Shown here piece after piece: positions 32,795 through 44,311 of a DNA stretch of 64,000 nucleotides. Within the stretch, counting starts at the first letter, position 1. Every line of letters begins with the position of its first letter. The notes below the pieces were generated by a model. That model made no database searches, was not told where the DNA came from, and was given only the letters and a program-made list of their open reading frames with translations. The stretch is taken from NCBI GenBank assembly GCA_965205505.1, contig CBDBHB010000007.1:576001-640000 (forward strand), written 5' to 3'. The stretch is from Acidobacteriota bacterium. GTDB taxonomy: Bacteria; Acidobacteriota; UBA890; WLXD01. The position numbers were made by a program, and so were the translations under genes.

Positions 32795-33301
32795 CTATCG
32801 CAGCTGATACTCGAACTGCTGTATGCAGTGCAGCTGGTCGTCGTTACCGACGGCCCGGCACTGGAAATCCAAGCCACCTTGAATACCGGAATACTTGCCC
32901 GTGCCACCGGTCATTTCGACGCTGCCGGTGATCTCGCCCGTCGCAGGACCACCGCCACTCCAACTCCCGTAGATCTTGTCGCCATCAGGATCTGTAACAG
33001 TGCAGTACCCTTTGAAGTCCACCACGCCGTCTGCTATGTCCGATGCGGCTGGACAGTTCCAGACCGTGTTGTGGAGCAACCCATCACCCGCGTTGTTGAA
33101 ACTGTGTCCCCAATAAGTTCCGGACCAGTGCACCCGGTTCGGCCCGACCTCAGTGGCGGTTCCCACCCCTTTGAAGGCGCCGTGGGTCTCTCCGGTTCCG
33201 CTGCTACCGAGTTGCGCCGCCCCCACGTCGCCAGCCGTCATCGCCGTGATGGCGACCGCCGCTACGAGTCCCACTGCCCTGCAGATCCGGTGTGTACGCA
33301 T
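32795..33301 (-). CDS. Secreted beta-barrel hypothetical protein
   Basis: RBS ggagg, signal peptide, C..TDPDGDKIYG and GGTGKYSGIQG motifs. Confidence 0.75.
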   Translation of the reverse strand: MRTHRICRAVGLVAAVAITAMTAGDVGAAQLGSSGTGETHGAFKGVGTATEVGPNRVHWSGTYWGHSFNNAGDGLLHNTVWNCPAASDIADGVVDFKGYCTVTDPDGDKIYGSWSGGGPATGEITGSVEMTGGTGKYSGIQGGLDFQCRAVGNDDQLHCIQQFEYQLR

Positions 33302-33541
33302 CGCAATTCCTCCTTCCTTCAGGGAAAGGTTAGGCGAACCGTCCATGGGCTCAGCCCGCACAAATGAATTGAACCGGGATTGTTCACTGAACGTCCATTG
33401 CTTCCCGACCAACACCTATCGAGATCGAGTAGCCTATGACCACAAGTTACTGTCAACGTACATTCAGCCGCTTCGGCGACCCGCGAAGGACACGCCTGAC
33501 CGTCCGTTCTCAATCGCCCGGAGACGCCGACCCTGTCGATC

Positions 33542-34924
33542 CTATGCATCCGAGACCGTCGCAATCTGGGACGGCTGGCTTTCGGTGCCGTCCGGTAGCA
33601 CGGCCGTAACGGCGTATTCGTAGTCACCCTCCAGGACAGTGAGCTCGGCGAAGGAAGTACGCTCGATCGGTTGCACCGTCGCCCTCAGGAACGGCCCGCC
33701 AGGGCGAGCCCTATAGACGTAGTAGCTCTCGGCCCTTGGGTGCGGGCTCCATCGCAACTCGGCAGAAGGTCTTTCGGACCGCCTCCCGAACCGTCTCACC
33801 CGGCGGATTTCGAGCCCTGAGGGTGGGCTGGCGATCTTTCCCGTAAAACGAAAGATCCAGAGACCGGTCTTGTCGTCGGTGACGTAGATGCGCCGCCTGC
33901 CGGAAAACGGATAGACCCCAAAGGCATTGCCCGTGTCGGCGAAGGCAACCTCGACCGGCAATCGTGGATTGGAGACATCGACGATCTTGAACCCGGCCGT
34001 GTAGTAGGCAATATAGGCCAACGACCCGACGATGTGAACGTTGTGGATGATCGCCGGCTCCTCGGCCTCGTATCGGCCCACTTGCGAGATCCTCTCGGCG
34101 CCAGGGTTGTCCAGTTTCTAGACCCGCAGGTGGCCACCCGACGTTTCGTCGGTCGTGAAGAGGAAACCGCCGTCGCTGCTGGGCCAAGAGTTATGGGTGA
34201 CCGCGCCGCGGTATCTCCTCTTGAGCAGCAGCCTCGGCGATGCCGGTTCTGTTACATCGTGAACCGTGAACCCACCCTCGAAAAAGGAGCTGTAGAGTCT
34301 TCCATTCTCAACGATCGCGTCGTGAATAAATCCCCTGGAGCTGGACACCGAGGCGAGGTGTCGCGGCTCGCTGGGATCGGTAACGTCAAAGATCTCCACA
34401 TTGCCGGTGGTGTAGGAAGAGAGATACAGAACGCCATTGTCGAGGTAGGCGTTGTGTACGCTCAAGGAACTCTCGTGGGTGATGCGGGACAGCTCCGATG
34501 GGCGGGAACGATCGGTAAGGTCGTACAAGATCGCTCCGGCGCCGACGAACCCCGCTTGGTTCGTGACCACCGCGAGGGAGCCGTCCACCTTCACGTCATT
34601 CACGGCCAGCAGCCCTAACTTGGCAATCTCCTTCGGGTTGCGGGGTCTTCGGGTGTCGACGACTCCCCAGCCGTAACTGCCCTTTGCGACAATGGCGAAC
34701 CGCCGTGTCCCCCAGACATCGGCGCGATTGAACTTCCTCGATATCCGCAGATTGCCGAGCACCTTGATGTTCTTGCTCGTTCGGATCGAACTTCTCAGGG
34801 AAGCGTTGGCCACCCTGCGCTCGAACCGGCTCTCATCCGGGGCGACGTCGATAACCGCCGCCCGTTCGGTGCCGCCGACCAGCGAAAGGAGCACCACAGC
34901 CCGGCTCAGGCGGCGTAGGAGCAC
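33542..34924 (-). pseudogene. LVIVD-repeat (choice-of-anchor B-like) protein with FN3 tail, in-frame TAG at 34118-34120
   Basis: Repeated IFDVTDPSEP, HNSWPS..LFTTDE and HNVHI..YYTAGFKIVDVSNP motifs; two ORFs share one frame. Confidence 0.78.
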
Positions 34925-34937
34925 CTTTCCGGGCTCC

Positions 34938-36260
34938 TCAGTTCGTATCGAGCTCGGCGATCGTGATGTCCGCCGAATCGATCAGCGCCTGACCCAGTTC
35001 CGGTGAGAGCACACCGGGGCGGACAAAGCTGGGCACCTTCCTGGCGAACTTCTCCAACTGCTTCTTGGCGCGCGAGACCTTGCCCTTGTCCAACAGTCTC
35101 TTCGCTCGCTTCAGCCTCGCGAGCAGTCCTTTTTTTGCGGGCGCAGACAACGTGCCTTCGCTGACGAGATTGCTCACGCGGACCTCTAGAAAGACGATCC
35201 TCTGCTCTGGAGTGAGCCCAAACGTGTAGGCCGTCCCCGGTTTTCCGATGTTCTCTTCCTTGGCTCCGATCAGGATGGTGCTTTCGTGCAAGGCGATAGA
35301 CCAGCCGAACTGGCTGAAACCCGATGTGTCAGCGGACGTGATCTTGCCGGTTTCAGACCAGACTCCCTCAATGGGCTCGAATAGGTACGCGGAGCCGGAC
35401 GAGCGTCCCCAGTCATCGTCTTGCGGCTCTCCGACCAGAATGGTTTCCCCCTCGATCGCAACTGTACTGTTACCCGTGAAGCCTCTTACATCGACACTGT
35501 CACTGGCGGTCAGCTTGGCCACCAGCGCCCAGTCGTCGGCCGAGGCCACCCCGCCTTCCCTACCTGACGCTCGGCGCTCGAAGACATAGGCGCCGAGCCC
35601 GCTGAGGACAGCAGTATCGCCGCGGACAGATACCTCCCCACCGAACCCGTCTCCCTCATCGGCATCGAGCTTGGCCTCCTGCACCCAATTGTTCCCGCGC
35701 CGTCGAAAGACGTAGGCCGCCCCGCGAAAATTGTCCTTATCGGGTGCCACTCCGATCACGACGTTGCCGTCGATGGCCACTCCATATCCGAATTGATCAC
35801 CTGTTGCCGCATCTCCCGGGCGAAGCTTCGCCAGTTGTCGCCAGCTTGTTCCGCTGCTTTGAAAGATGAATACCGCGCCGGGGCCCGGTTTACGGAACTG
35901 CGTCGCTCCCACCACCACGATGTCGTCCTGGATGGCAAGGGACCAGCCGAAGCGGTCCGAGACTCCAGCATCGTCGGCGATCAGCTTGGCCTCCTCCACC
36001 CAATTCGTCCCCTGCCGCAAGAAGACGTAGGCCGATCCCGAGTCGACACCTGCATGAGAGTCGCTAATTGCGCTGACGACAGCCCTGTCTCCGTCGATCC
36101 CCACCCGCCAACCGAGCCTCTGGCCTGCGGCGTGGTCACTGGGAGTAAGTTTGGCCTGCTCGATCCACTTGTCTCCGTCCCACACGAAGACATAGGCCGA
36201 TCCACCGGCATCGTTTCTCGGTGCTCCAACGATGGCGGTGTCGCCATCGATTGCCACATT
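34938..36260 (-). CDS. FG-GAP repeat protein with C-terminal FIMAH-like domain, 5' end lost or fused
   Basis: Multiple FGxSVAIDGD..VVGA..GSAYVF..W.E.AKL repeats. Confidence 0.8.
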   Translation of the reverse strand, partial: NVAIDGDTAIVGAPRNDAGGSAYVFVWDGDKWIEQAKLTPSDHAAGQRLGWRVGIDGDRAVVSAISDSHAGVDSGSAYVFLRQGTNWVEEAKLIADDAGVSDRFGWSLAIQDDIVVVGATQFRKPGPGAVFIFQSSGTSWRQLAKLRPGDAATGDQFGYGVAIDGNVVIGVAPDKDNFRGAAYVFRRRGNNWVQEAKLDADEGDGFGGEVSVRGDTAVLSGLGAYVFERRASGREGGVASADDWALVAKLTASDSVDVRGFTGNSTVAIEGETILVGEPQDDDWGRSSGSAYLFEPIEGVWSETGKITSADTSGFSQFGWSIALHESTILIGAKEENIGKPGTAYTFGLTPEQRIVFLEVRVSNLVSEGTLSAPAKKGLLARLKRAKRLLDKGKVSRAKKQLEKFARKVPSFVRPGVLSPELGQALIDSADITIAELDTN

Positions 36261-37102
36261 CTCGTCGACACAATCCACGTGTTCTCAGGGATGGTGGTGA
36301 TTCCTGAACACTCCGCCGGGGTTGGATCGTCGATGGGCCCGGTACACCGCGTGATCATGACGTCGTCAGGACCGGTGTTTACACAGCTCTTGCAAGAGGA
36401 GCGTGACCAGATCTTGACCCGAAAGTTCTTATTCATTTCTGTATCGGCCCAGCGCAGGTAAAAGCCGGACGCTCTCCTCCCGCCAGGCAGGATGCCCGTC
36501 AAACCCCCTCCCAAACCATCGTCCTCCACTGCGAGGTGCGCAATGTCGGTATTGGCGAGCTCTCCGACCGTCACGTTTATCGGCTCAACAAATGGCAGGG
36601 GCTGAGGACTTCCCTCGGCGTCAGAACATCCCTTTGGAGTAACGTCATCGTCCTCAAAAACACGGTCACTGAAGTTGAGTTCCACGTACCGAACTGATCC
36701 TTCAAGCCGAAGCCCGAAGTTGCCCCCTGAGCCGAAAAGGAACGCTTCAACTCCAATATCCCCACCAGCACGCTCGTCTACATACACTCCATCGCCCCGA
36801 ATGGCTCCGACGCCACGGAACTCGAACCTCATCAGCGGTAGGGTGTTGCCGCCCCCACAATCTGGGTCAGCGCCGTCGACCAACTCGTCGCCGTCGTTGT
36901 CAATCCCGTCATTGCACTTCTTGTTGCCCTTCTCTTGCTCTGAGTACGCCTCGCTGGCGTAGGCCTCGGTGCTCTTAGCTGCGATCCCGCCCGCCAGCAG
37001 TACGGTGGCCACCACCAGTCCCACGAGAAGCGGCAACAGCGTGGCACGCGCAGAGCCACTCAGCCTCATGGTGGGTCGTCTCCAGTCAGTTAAACGTTTC
37101 AT
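36261..37102 (-). pseudogene. Secreted hypothetical protein, joined out of frame to the FG-GAP gene
   Basis: Signal peptide and CNDGIDNDGDELVDGADPDC Ca-binding-type motif; sense is lost after PENTW. Confidence 0.6.
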
Positions 37103-37548
37103 GACACACTTCCTCTTGGGCTGGAATCTCTGACAGCCTTGTGCCGCCATTGATCCTAGGGAGTTGTCTGGAGACGGTTACCCATTGGCCTTTAGTTACA
37201 TGGACACCGTTGCCACAAGGCCTTGTCCGATGGCGCTGCTTCATCTTTGTCCTGCTGGCGTCCCTCGAAAGCCTGCTGGTTGAGGCTTCGCTGCACGTAA
37301 GCCCGAAGTTGTTTCAGGGAATCGGCGAGACCTGGCTCAGGACACTCAGTCATCGTCGGCAGGCTAGCTTCAGGCGGCGGCCGTTGCGCTAGTTTTTCTC
37401 TAAGAAAAGGCGAGGTTTTGGCGAGGGAGATACGAACCGCGAGCCGTCGGCGCCGTCGATTTTGCCAAGTTGATACGCTGGGATCGCGGGCCTGCGAGCA
37501 GCGTTGCGAACAGCGCAACCACCCTGCCTCCACCGTGCCACGTTCAAA

Positions 37549-39930
37549 ATGAGCGAAGGATCCAGAGGCTCGGCGCGGACAGTTGCGGCGTCTCGGTCAT
37601 TCCGGTTCGGGCCCTACCGCTTCGATCTCGGCGAGCGCCTGCTATGCGAGAACGGCCGCGAGGTGGAGTTGCCGCCGCGGGTGCTGAACGTGCTGGAGCA
37701 CCTGCTGCGACACTCAGGACAGATCGTCTCCAAGGACGACCTACTGGACTTATGGGGGGATACTGCGGTCTCGGAGAAATCGTTGACCGAGACGATCGGG
37801 TTGATCCGCAAGGAGCTCGGGGATTCCGCCGGGCGGCCGAAGTACATCCAGACGCTGAGGAAACGAGGCTACCGCTTCATCGCGCCAGTCGCAGTCGAGA
37901 GTCCCGGTGCGGCAGCGAGGCGTTCCCCTGGAGCAACGGCGGGCCGGGGACCAGCTGTCGCGATCGGCGGCCACAGCGAGGCTGGCGTTGCGGCTGCCTC
38001 TCGTTTTCCCACCGCTGCGGTCGCGGGACATGGCTTCCGGCTCATCGACCCATCCCGTCGATGGCAGCTAGCGGGCCTGGTGGTGATCGCCCTCAGCGCC
38101 GCTTTCTGGTTCCTGCTTGGCGCCGATTCGCGCAGGAATCAGGACCTGATCCAGGGATTCGCGCAGCAGCGAGATGCCGTGGCGGACATGGGCTCCCGCC
38201 TGGCACACCTGGAAAACGAGGCGGCCCTAGGAACGGCTCTGCTGACGCGAAAGGTTTGGGCCGAAGGCAACACCGATAACTACTTCAGCGCTCCGTCCCC
38301 CGATGGCAGATACCTGTCCTTCGTCGACTGGGACACGGGCGATCTGGCGCTCTACGAGATCTCGACTGGAAGCACGCGTCGCGTAACCCACAACACGCGC
38401 GTGTACGGCCCGGGAATTGCGATGTGGTCGATCTTCTCCCCGGACGGGACGCAGATCGCCTATTGGTGGACTGACAACAAGGGACCCGTGGAGCAGCTTC
38501 GAATCGTCGACGTGGCCGGTTCGTCGCCGCGAATTCTCCGCGGTTCGAAGGAGACGGGGATCCGCCCTGTAGATTGGTCGAGGGATGGCAAGGAGATCCT
38601 CGCGCTGTTCACACAGGACGCTGGCACTCAGCAGATCGTCTTCGTTTCCGTCGTGGACGGCTCCGTGCGGGATGTTGCGTCGCTTCCCGACGGCAAACCA
38701 CCCGAGCGCGTGAGTCTTTCGCCCGACGGGCGGTTCATCGCGTATGACTTGCCATCGAGCCCCGGTGTGCAGCAGCGTGACATCTTCCTCATCTCCTCGA
38801 CGGGTGGCGGGACGGTTGCGCTGGTCGAACACCCTGCCGACGACCTGTCGCCACTTTGGACACCGGACGGTACCGGGGTGCTGTTTCTGAGCGATCGCAC
38901 AGGGACAACGGGCGTCTGGTTCCTTCCCGTGCTCGACGGATTGCCTCAAGGTCGACCCCGGCTGCTCAAATCGGGTCTGGCCGATGCCTCGTCCCTGGGC
39001 ATGAGCCGGGACGGCTCCTACTTCTTCGGCACCTCCTACCGCCGGGACATCTACGTTGCCTCCGTGGATCTGGCGTCCGGCCGCGTGCTCGATGAACCTC
39101 GGATGGTCTCCTTGAGCCCAGAGGGCCAGAACATGGAGCCCGCCTGGTCACCCGATGGTGATTACCTGGCCTTCCGGTCTGGGAGCGGCTTGTTGCCCAT
39201 CCTCCACGTCGAAACCGGCTCGATCACCAACCTGAGACCGGAGCTTCTCTACAACGGGCAACCTCGATGGGCAGCGGACGGCCGATCGATCTATGTGGTC
39301 GGTGCTGACCCGTCTGGTCGCGCCGGCTACTACGAAGTCGACGCTCGGAGCGCGCAGGTGACCCCGCTGCTACAAACTCCACCCTGGAAGAACTGGCACA
39401 GGGGGCATCTCAAGGGAGTGTCACCCGACGAAAGGGAGCTCTTCTACGTTGAATGGAGTGACCTCCCCCGTTTGCTCGTTCGGGACCTCGACACCGGGGC
39501 GGAGAGAGAGCCCCTGAGCGGTTCTGGCCGCTGGGAGGCGGGAGACGTCGATTTCAATAACATGCAGCTCTCCCCGGATGGGCGCCGCCTGGCGTTCATC
39601 CACTACGGGGATAACGGTGAGCCGGTGCTGAGGGTCATGCGAGCATTCGGGGGGCGTCCACGGGAACTGCTCAGGTGGTCTTCGGAATCCAAGGACCGTG
39701 TTGTCCTGTGGGACTGGGCCCCGGACGGAATCCTCTTCACCCGCGGACAGCGTGCTGATCGGGGGACCTTGTGGATCATCTCGCCAGCGGGTGGCGCGGC
39801 GTGGCCCATTGAGCTGGAGGTCGAGGGCGTCCCGGATTACCGGCTCTCTCCGGATGGAAGCCGCATCGCCTTCAGGCGAGAATCTGGGGGTCCTGCGGTC
39901 TGGGTGCTGGAGAACTTCCTACCGTCGTAG
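37549..39930 (+). CDS. CadC/OmpR-type winged-helix regulator with TM helix and TolB-like PD40 repeats
   Basis: FRFGPYRFD..IRKELGD..YIQTLRKRGYRF, one TM segment, many SPDG repeats. Confidence 0.88.
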   Translation: MSEGSRGSARTVAASRSFRFGPYRFDLGERLLCENGREVELPPRVLNVLEHLLRHSGQIVSKDDLLDLWGDTAVSEKSLTETIGLIRKELGDSAGRPKYIQTLRKRGYRFIAPVAVESPGAAARRSPGATAGRGPAVAIGGHSEAGVAAASRFPTAAVAGHGFRLIDPSRRWQLAGLVVIALSAAFWFLLGADSRRNQDLIQGFAQQRDAVADMGSRLAHLENEAALGTALLTRKVWAEGNTDNYFSAPSPDGRYLSFVDWDTGDLALYEISTGSTRRVTHNTRVYGPGIAMWSIFSPDGTQIAYWWTDNKGPVEQLRIVDVAGSSPRILRGSKETGIRPVDWSRDGKEILALFTQDAGTQQIVFVSVVDGSVRDVASLPDGKPPERVSLSPDGRFIAYDLPSSPGVQQRDIFLISSTGGGTVALVEHPADDLSPLWTPDGTGVLFLSDRTGTTGVWFLPVLDGLPQGRPRLLKSGLADASSLGMSRDGSYFFGTSYRRDIYVASVDLASGRVLDEPRMVSLSPEGQNMEPAWSPDGDYLAFRSGSGLLPILHVETGSITNLRPELLYNGQPRWAADGRSIYVVGADPSGRAGYYEVDARSAQVTPLLQTPPWKNWHRGHLKGVSPDERELFYVEWSDLPRLLVRDLDTGAEREPLSGSGRWEAGDVDFNNMQLSPDGRRLAFIHYGDNGEPVLRVMRAFGGRPRELLRWSSESKDRVVLWDWAPDGILFTRGQRADRGTLWIISPAGGAAWPIELEVEGVPDYRLSPDGSRIAFRRESGGPAVWVLENFLPS

Positions 39931-40003
39931 TGACCGCGACACCCACCCTGCCGACAACCCGGGGATCCAGCGCCGCGGGCGGCTGAGATCGCGGGAGGTG
40001 CGC

Positions 40004-41860
40004 TCAGAAGACGACCCTGACCCCGAGCTGAGCTTGTCGCGGCGCGATCAGCCATCGAGGCTTACCAAACGCGGACTCACCGGAATAGAAGAACGTGCTG
40101 CCCACGACGTGTTGTACGCGGCCATCCGCGGAGGCGCTGTTGAACACGTTGAACACGTCGAGGATGAGCTCGAGTCTGGCAGCCTGCTGACCTTTCAGGT
40201 CGAACGACTTCTGCAATCGCAGGTCGAACTGATTCAGGGAGGGTGCGTTACGGTTCCCCCTGGGCTCGAGGGTGAGGGGCACGAACTCGTTGAGCGGCTG
40301 CGGCAGCGTGTTTTGGCGTGCCAGTGGCGACCACGGCCGCCCTGTCATCCAGCGGAAATACCCGCCAGCGAGGATGCCGCCGGACAACCGGTAGTTCGCC
40401 AGCGCCTTGAACTGCCAGTCGCGGCTGAAGGTCAGGCGCCCGACACTGTAGGGATGGCCGTTGAAGTTCGGCGAGGTGTCACCGAGTCCACGGACACCCC
40501 AAGCGGTACCAACGTGGTTCTCGATGTTGCCGGTAGAGCGTTGGTAGGTGATCGAGGTGCTGAGGTTGAAGCCGCGGCTCGGTCTTTTCTCGAACGACAG
40601 GATCGCCATGTTGTGGCGCCGGAAGTAATAGTCGGAGTTGGTGACCCAGGGATCGTTGGGATGGCTGTCGGTGCGGGTATAGAGCGTCTGCGTACCGCCG
40701 AGCGGGTCGGTGTACTGGACCGGCTCGTAGGTGTGGCGCTGGCGGTCTTGCCCGAAGACGAAGTTCCTGTCGCGTTTATGGACGAAGTCGATCCCGAGCA
40801 CGTAGCCTCTGGCCACCTCCGCCTCGAACCCAACGTTGAGAACATCGGTGTGCGGACCCGCCAGATCTGCGTCGATCGGTAGGTTCGCGTGAGGGAACGA
40901 AAACTGTAGGTTGGCCGGATCGAACACCATCGCCGCGATCTGCTGAGTGCCGACGCTATCGACATCAATCTCGCCAGGAACAATCGTGACGTAAGTTTCA
41001 TGTGGTTCCGCTCCAACGCCACCGTTCCTCACCGGCCCCCAGCTCAGGGGCTTCTCGTGGTATCGACCCCAGCTGGCATGAGCAACGTACCTTCCCACAC
41101 CGGTCAGGTCGGCAGACACGCCGATCCTCGGGGCGACGAACCCATAGCTAGTGAGCTGCTTCGGGTTACCCCCAGGTCCGTCATAGGCATCGCTGATCCG
41201 CGGGTTGTCGTAGCGCAGCCCGAGGTTGAAGGTGAGGTGGTCGGAGACCGCCACGTCATCTTGCAAGTAGGCAGCGGATCGCTCGACATCGGCTTCGATA
41301 TGCGCCGCGTTCGTATAGCCGTACAGGTAGGTGTAGCCGTAGTAAGGAAACAGGAAGACCGCACCACCGCCGGTGTAGTTGTACTGGTACACAGTCCAAG
41401 AGTCCTCGTATTCGATCCCGAGCTTCCAGTCGTGCGATGCGCCGAGAAAATCGTCCGTGTAGTGGGTGACGGACGCATCGATCTCGTGGCGGCCGTTGCG
41501 CTCGTTGTCGTACCGGATCGAGGAGCCGTATTGGATGCCGGTGTTGTAGTCATAGACTCCTGGGACATCGCAGCAGGTGTTGGGGACGTTGTCGTACGCT
41601 CCCCGGTAGCCTGAATACCGCACGTCCAAGTACGTGTCGCTACCGAGCTGCGATTGCCAACTCCCCAGCCAGGCGACGGTGCCGAAATCGATGCTGAAGC
41701 CAACGTCCGGCGCCCAGCCAGACCGCAGACCGAGGTTCCGGTCGTGCGACGGGTTGCTGTTGAGCATGAATCCCAGCGTGTTGTCGTCGTTGAGCAGGTA
41801 GTCGAGCCTGCCGTGGTAGCGATAGTGGTTGGTCTGCTCGAATGTCTCCGACAGGTACCG
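40004..41860 (-). pseudogene. TonB-dependent receptor (Oar-like) barrel, 5' truncated
   Basis: YLQDD..LTFNLGLRYD, APRIGVSADL, DVFNVFN..PRQAQLGVRVVF; no plug domain or signal peptide. Confidence 0.82.
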
Positions 41861-43492
41861 CTTGTGGTCGGCAGTGTCTGCCGTGAGTTGGTAATGCTTC
41901 TGGCATCGGTGGGAGGGTTGCTTCTCGTGGCTTGCGTCAACGTGGCCAACCTTCTGCTCGCCCGTAGCGCCTCCCGTCGTCGGGAGCTTGGGATACGCGC
42001 CGCGTTGGGCGCAAAGCGTGGACGTTTGGTGCGACAATTACTCACTGAGAGCGCCTTGCTCGCCATCCTCGGCGGCGTTCTCGGTGTCGGGTTGGCTACG
42101 GGCGGCCTCGCGTTGCTCCAATGGCTGGGCACCGCGAGTCTCCCGCGCATAGGCGAGATCGCCATCGACGGTCGAGTGCTGGCGTTCTCCCTGGCGACCA
42201 CGGCGGCAACGTGCCTCGTGTTCGGTCTGGTGCCGGCTTGGCGCACATCGCGGATCGACCTGGCCGAAACGATGAAATCCGGGGGACGGGGCACGGTGGG
42301 AGGCGGCGCACTGTGGTCGCGGTTCAACCTCTCGAGCGCGCTCGTGGTCGTCGAGATCGGCTTATCGCTGGTCTTGCTGGTCGGCGGAGGGCTGCTGGCG
42401 CGCAGCTTCATCGCCTTGCAGCGGGTGGATCCGGGTTTTGAAGCCGATAGTCAGCTCACGTTCCGGCTGCGTCTGAGCGGTACCGAATATGCCGACCGCG
42501 CCACTCGGATCGCCTTCAACGAGCAACTCGAGGAGCGTCTCGAGGCCATACCGGGTATCGATGCCGTCGGCACAACCTCGATACTTCCGTTCGCTCAAGG
42601 CGTGTTGTGGTTGCCCATAGGCACCGAGAGCTACGTGCCACCGCAGGGCGAAGACCACCAGATCATCAGCGAGTTGCGCTTCGTCACACCAACGTACTTC
42701 GAGGCGATGGGGATTCCGCTGATTCGTGGCCGTGGATTTGACGAGAGAGACCGCCTGGACGCGGCTCCAGTGGCAATGATCGACAAGAGCTTCGCCGAAA
42801 CCTACTTTCCCCAGCGAAATCCAATCGGGACGCAACTCCGGTGGGGGGGCGGCAAGGTGGCAATCATCGGCGTCGTAGGAACGGTCAAGCATGAATCCCT
42901 GGACAGCGATTCCCGTGTTACGACCTACATCCCGAACGGCCAGTTGGGTGTTCATAGGCTGTATCTGGCTATCAGAGCAGCGGGTGATCCCGCTGCACTC
43001 GTAGCGCCGGTAACCCGTGCCGTTCACGAGTTGGATGACAATCTGGTCTTGGTCGACGTCCTACCCATGAGGTCACGCCTCGCGGACTCCCTTGCTGAGC
43101 GGCGTTTTTCGATGACACTGCTGCAAGTACTCGGCGCCATGGCACTCGTGCTCGCCAGCGTCGGCGTCTACGGGCTGGTGGCGTACCGAGTAAACGAAGG
43201 TGCCCACGAGCTCGGCCTACGCATGGCTCTCGGCGCCCCGACCCGCACGATCCTGAAGCTGGTACTGCGACACGGTCTGACTTTGGCCTCCGCCGGCGTT
43301 GCAAGCGGGCTGGCCGCTGCGCTTGCGGTCACCGGGCTCATGCGGTCGATGCTCTTCGGCGTCAGCACCGTCGATCCCTGGACGTTTGCGACCGTTTCGG
43401 CTGGCCTCGTAATGACCGCGTTGATCGCCTGTTACATCCCCGCGCGGCGCGCGACAAGGTTGGATCCGTTAGACGCTCTCAAGACTGAATAG
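41861..43492 (+). pseudogene. ADOP-type ABC permease, 5' truncated
   Basis: Begins at LLLVACVNVANLLLAR and ends YIPARRATRLDPLDALK; first periplasmic domain missing. Confidence 0.82.
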
Positions 43493-43789
43493 AGTCCTGC
43501 GGGGCGGCCCCTTCTGTCGAGTGCGGTCGTGCCGATCCGTAGCGGCGGCAACCGAGTCCCGGGTAGCGTTGATGGACACTTATTGGACACCACACCTTTC
43601 TAGGGGTGGGCAGGCGCACATGTAGCATTGCGGCGGGTAGCTTCTAGCGGGGCTCGCCAGCGTCATCGGTAGACAACTTCGTCGAGGAACAGAAGCGAGC
43701 CATCGGACGCAAGTAGCACCTTCCTGTTCCTCGTGAGCAGTCCGTCGAAGACGGCTGGCGTAGGCGTCGTTGAATACAACCTATGCCGC

Positions 43790-44194
43790 TTACTCTGATG
43801 GGGGATACAGGTTGTAAATGAAAAAAGCAGCCTCGTCTCCTGTGTTCTTGAGCTTGTAGTGCCCACCGGGGGCAAGGTAGACGGCGTCGTCGGGGCCAAA
43901 CTCGATCTCGCCCTCATCGCAGAAAAGCGTCAGCTGGCCACGAGTGCAATAGTAGGTTTCCTCGACGGGTCCCATCCAGTATTCGCCCGGCCGCGCCTCG
44001 TCTTCCGGCATGGAGGACCACCAGCCGGTTTCTACGCCGGGGTCCAGGCTGGCCACTCCGAGCATGAGTTCCGATCCCTGGCGCCCGCGCGTGATCAGCC
44101 GCCGAATGCGCAAGTTCTCAGACGAACCCTCTACGACCCCCCACGGAACTGCGTCGTAGTGGATCTTGGCGGGCTTCGCTTTCGGTTTGGACAT
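43790..44194 (-). CDS. Cupin-domain protein
   Basis: EETYYCTRGQLTL..FGPDDAVYLAPG..Y.LKNTG cupin motifs; RBS aggagg. Confidence 0.82.
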   Translation of the reverse strand: MSKPKAKPAKIHYDAVPWGVVEGSSENLRIRRLITRGRQGSELMLGVASLDPGVETGWWSSMPEDEARPGEYWMGPVEETYYCTRGQLTLFCDEGEIEFGPDDAVYLAPGGHYKLKNTGDEAAFFIYNLYPPSE

Positions 44195-44311
44195 GATTTC
44201 AACCTCCTGTTCCAAGTTGTTGGGTACTTGAAACGGCGCAAGCAGACGCCGTCATCAAAGTTCGTTCGCTCGTCGGACTCTCAGGGGGCGACATCTCAAG
44301 CCTCCTCCGCG

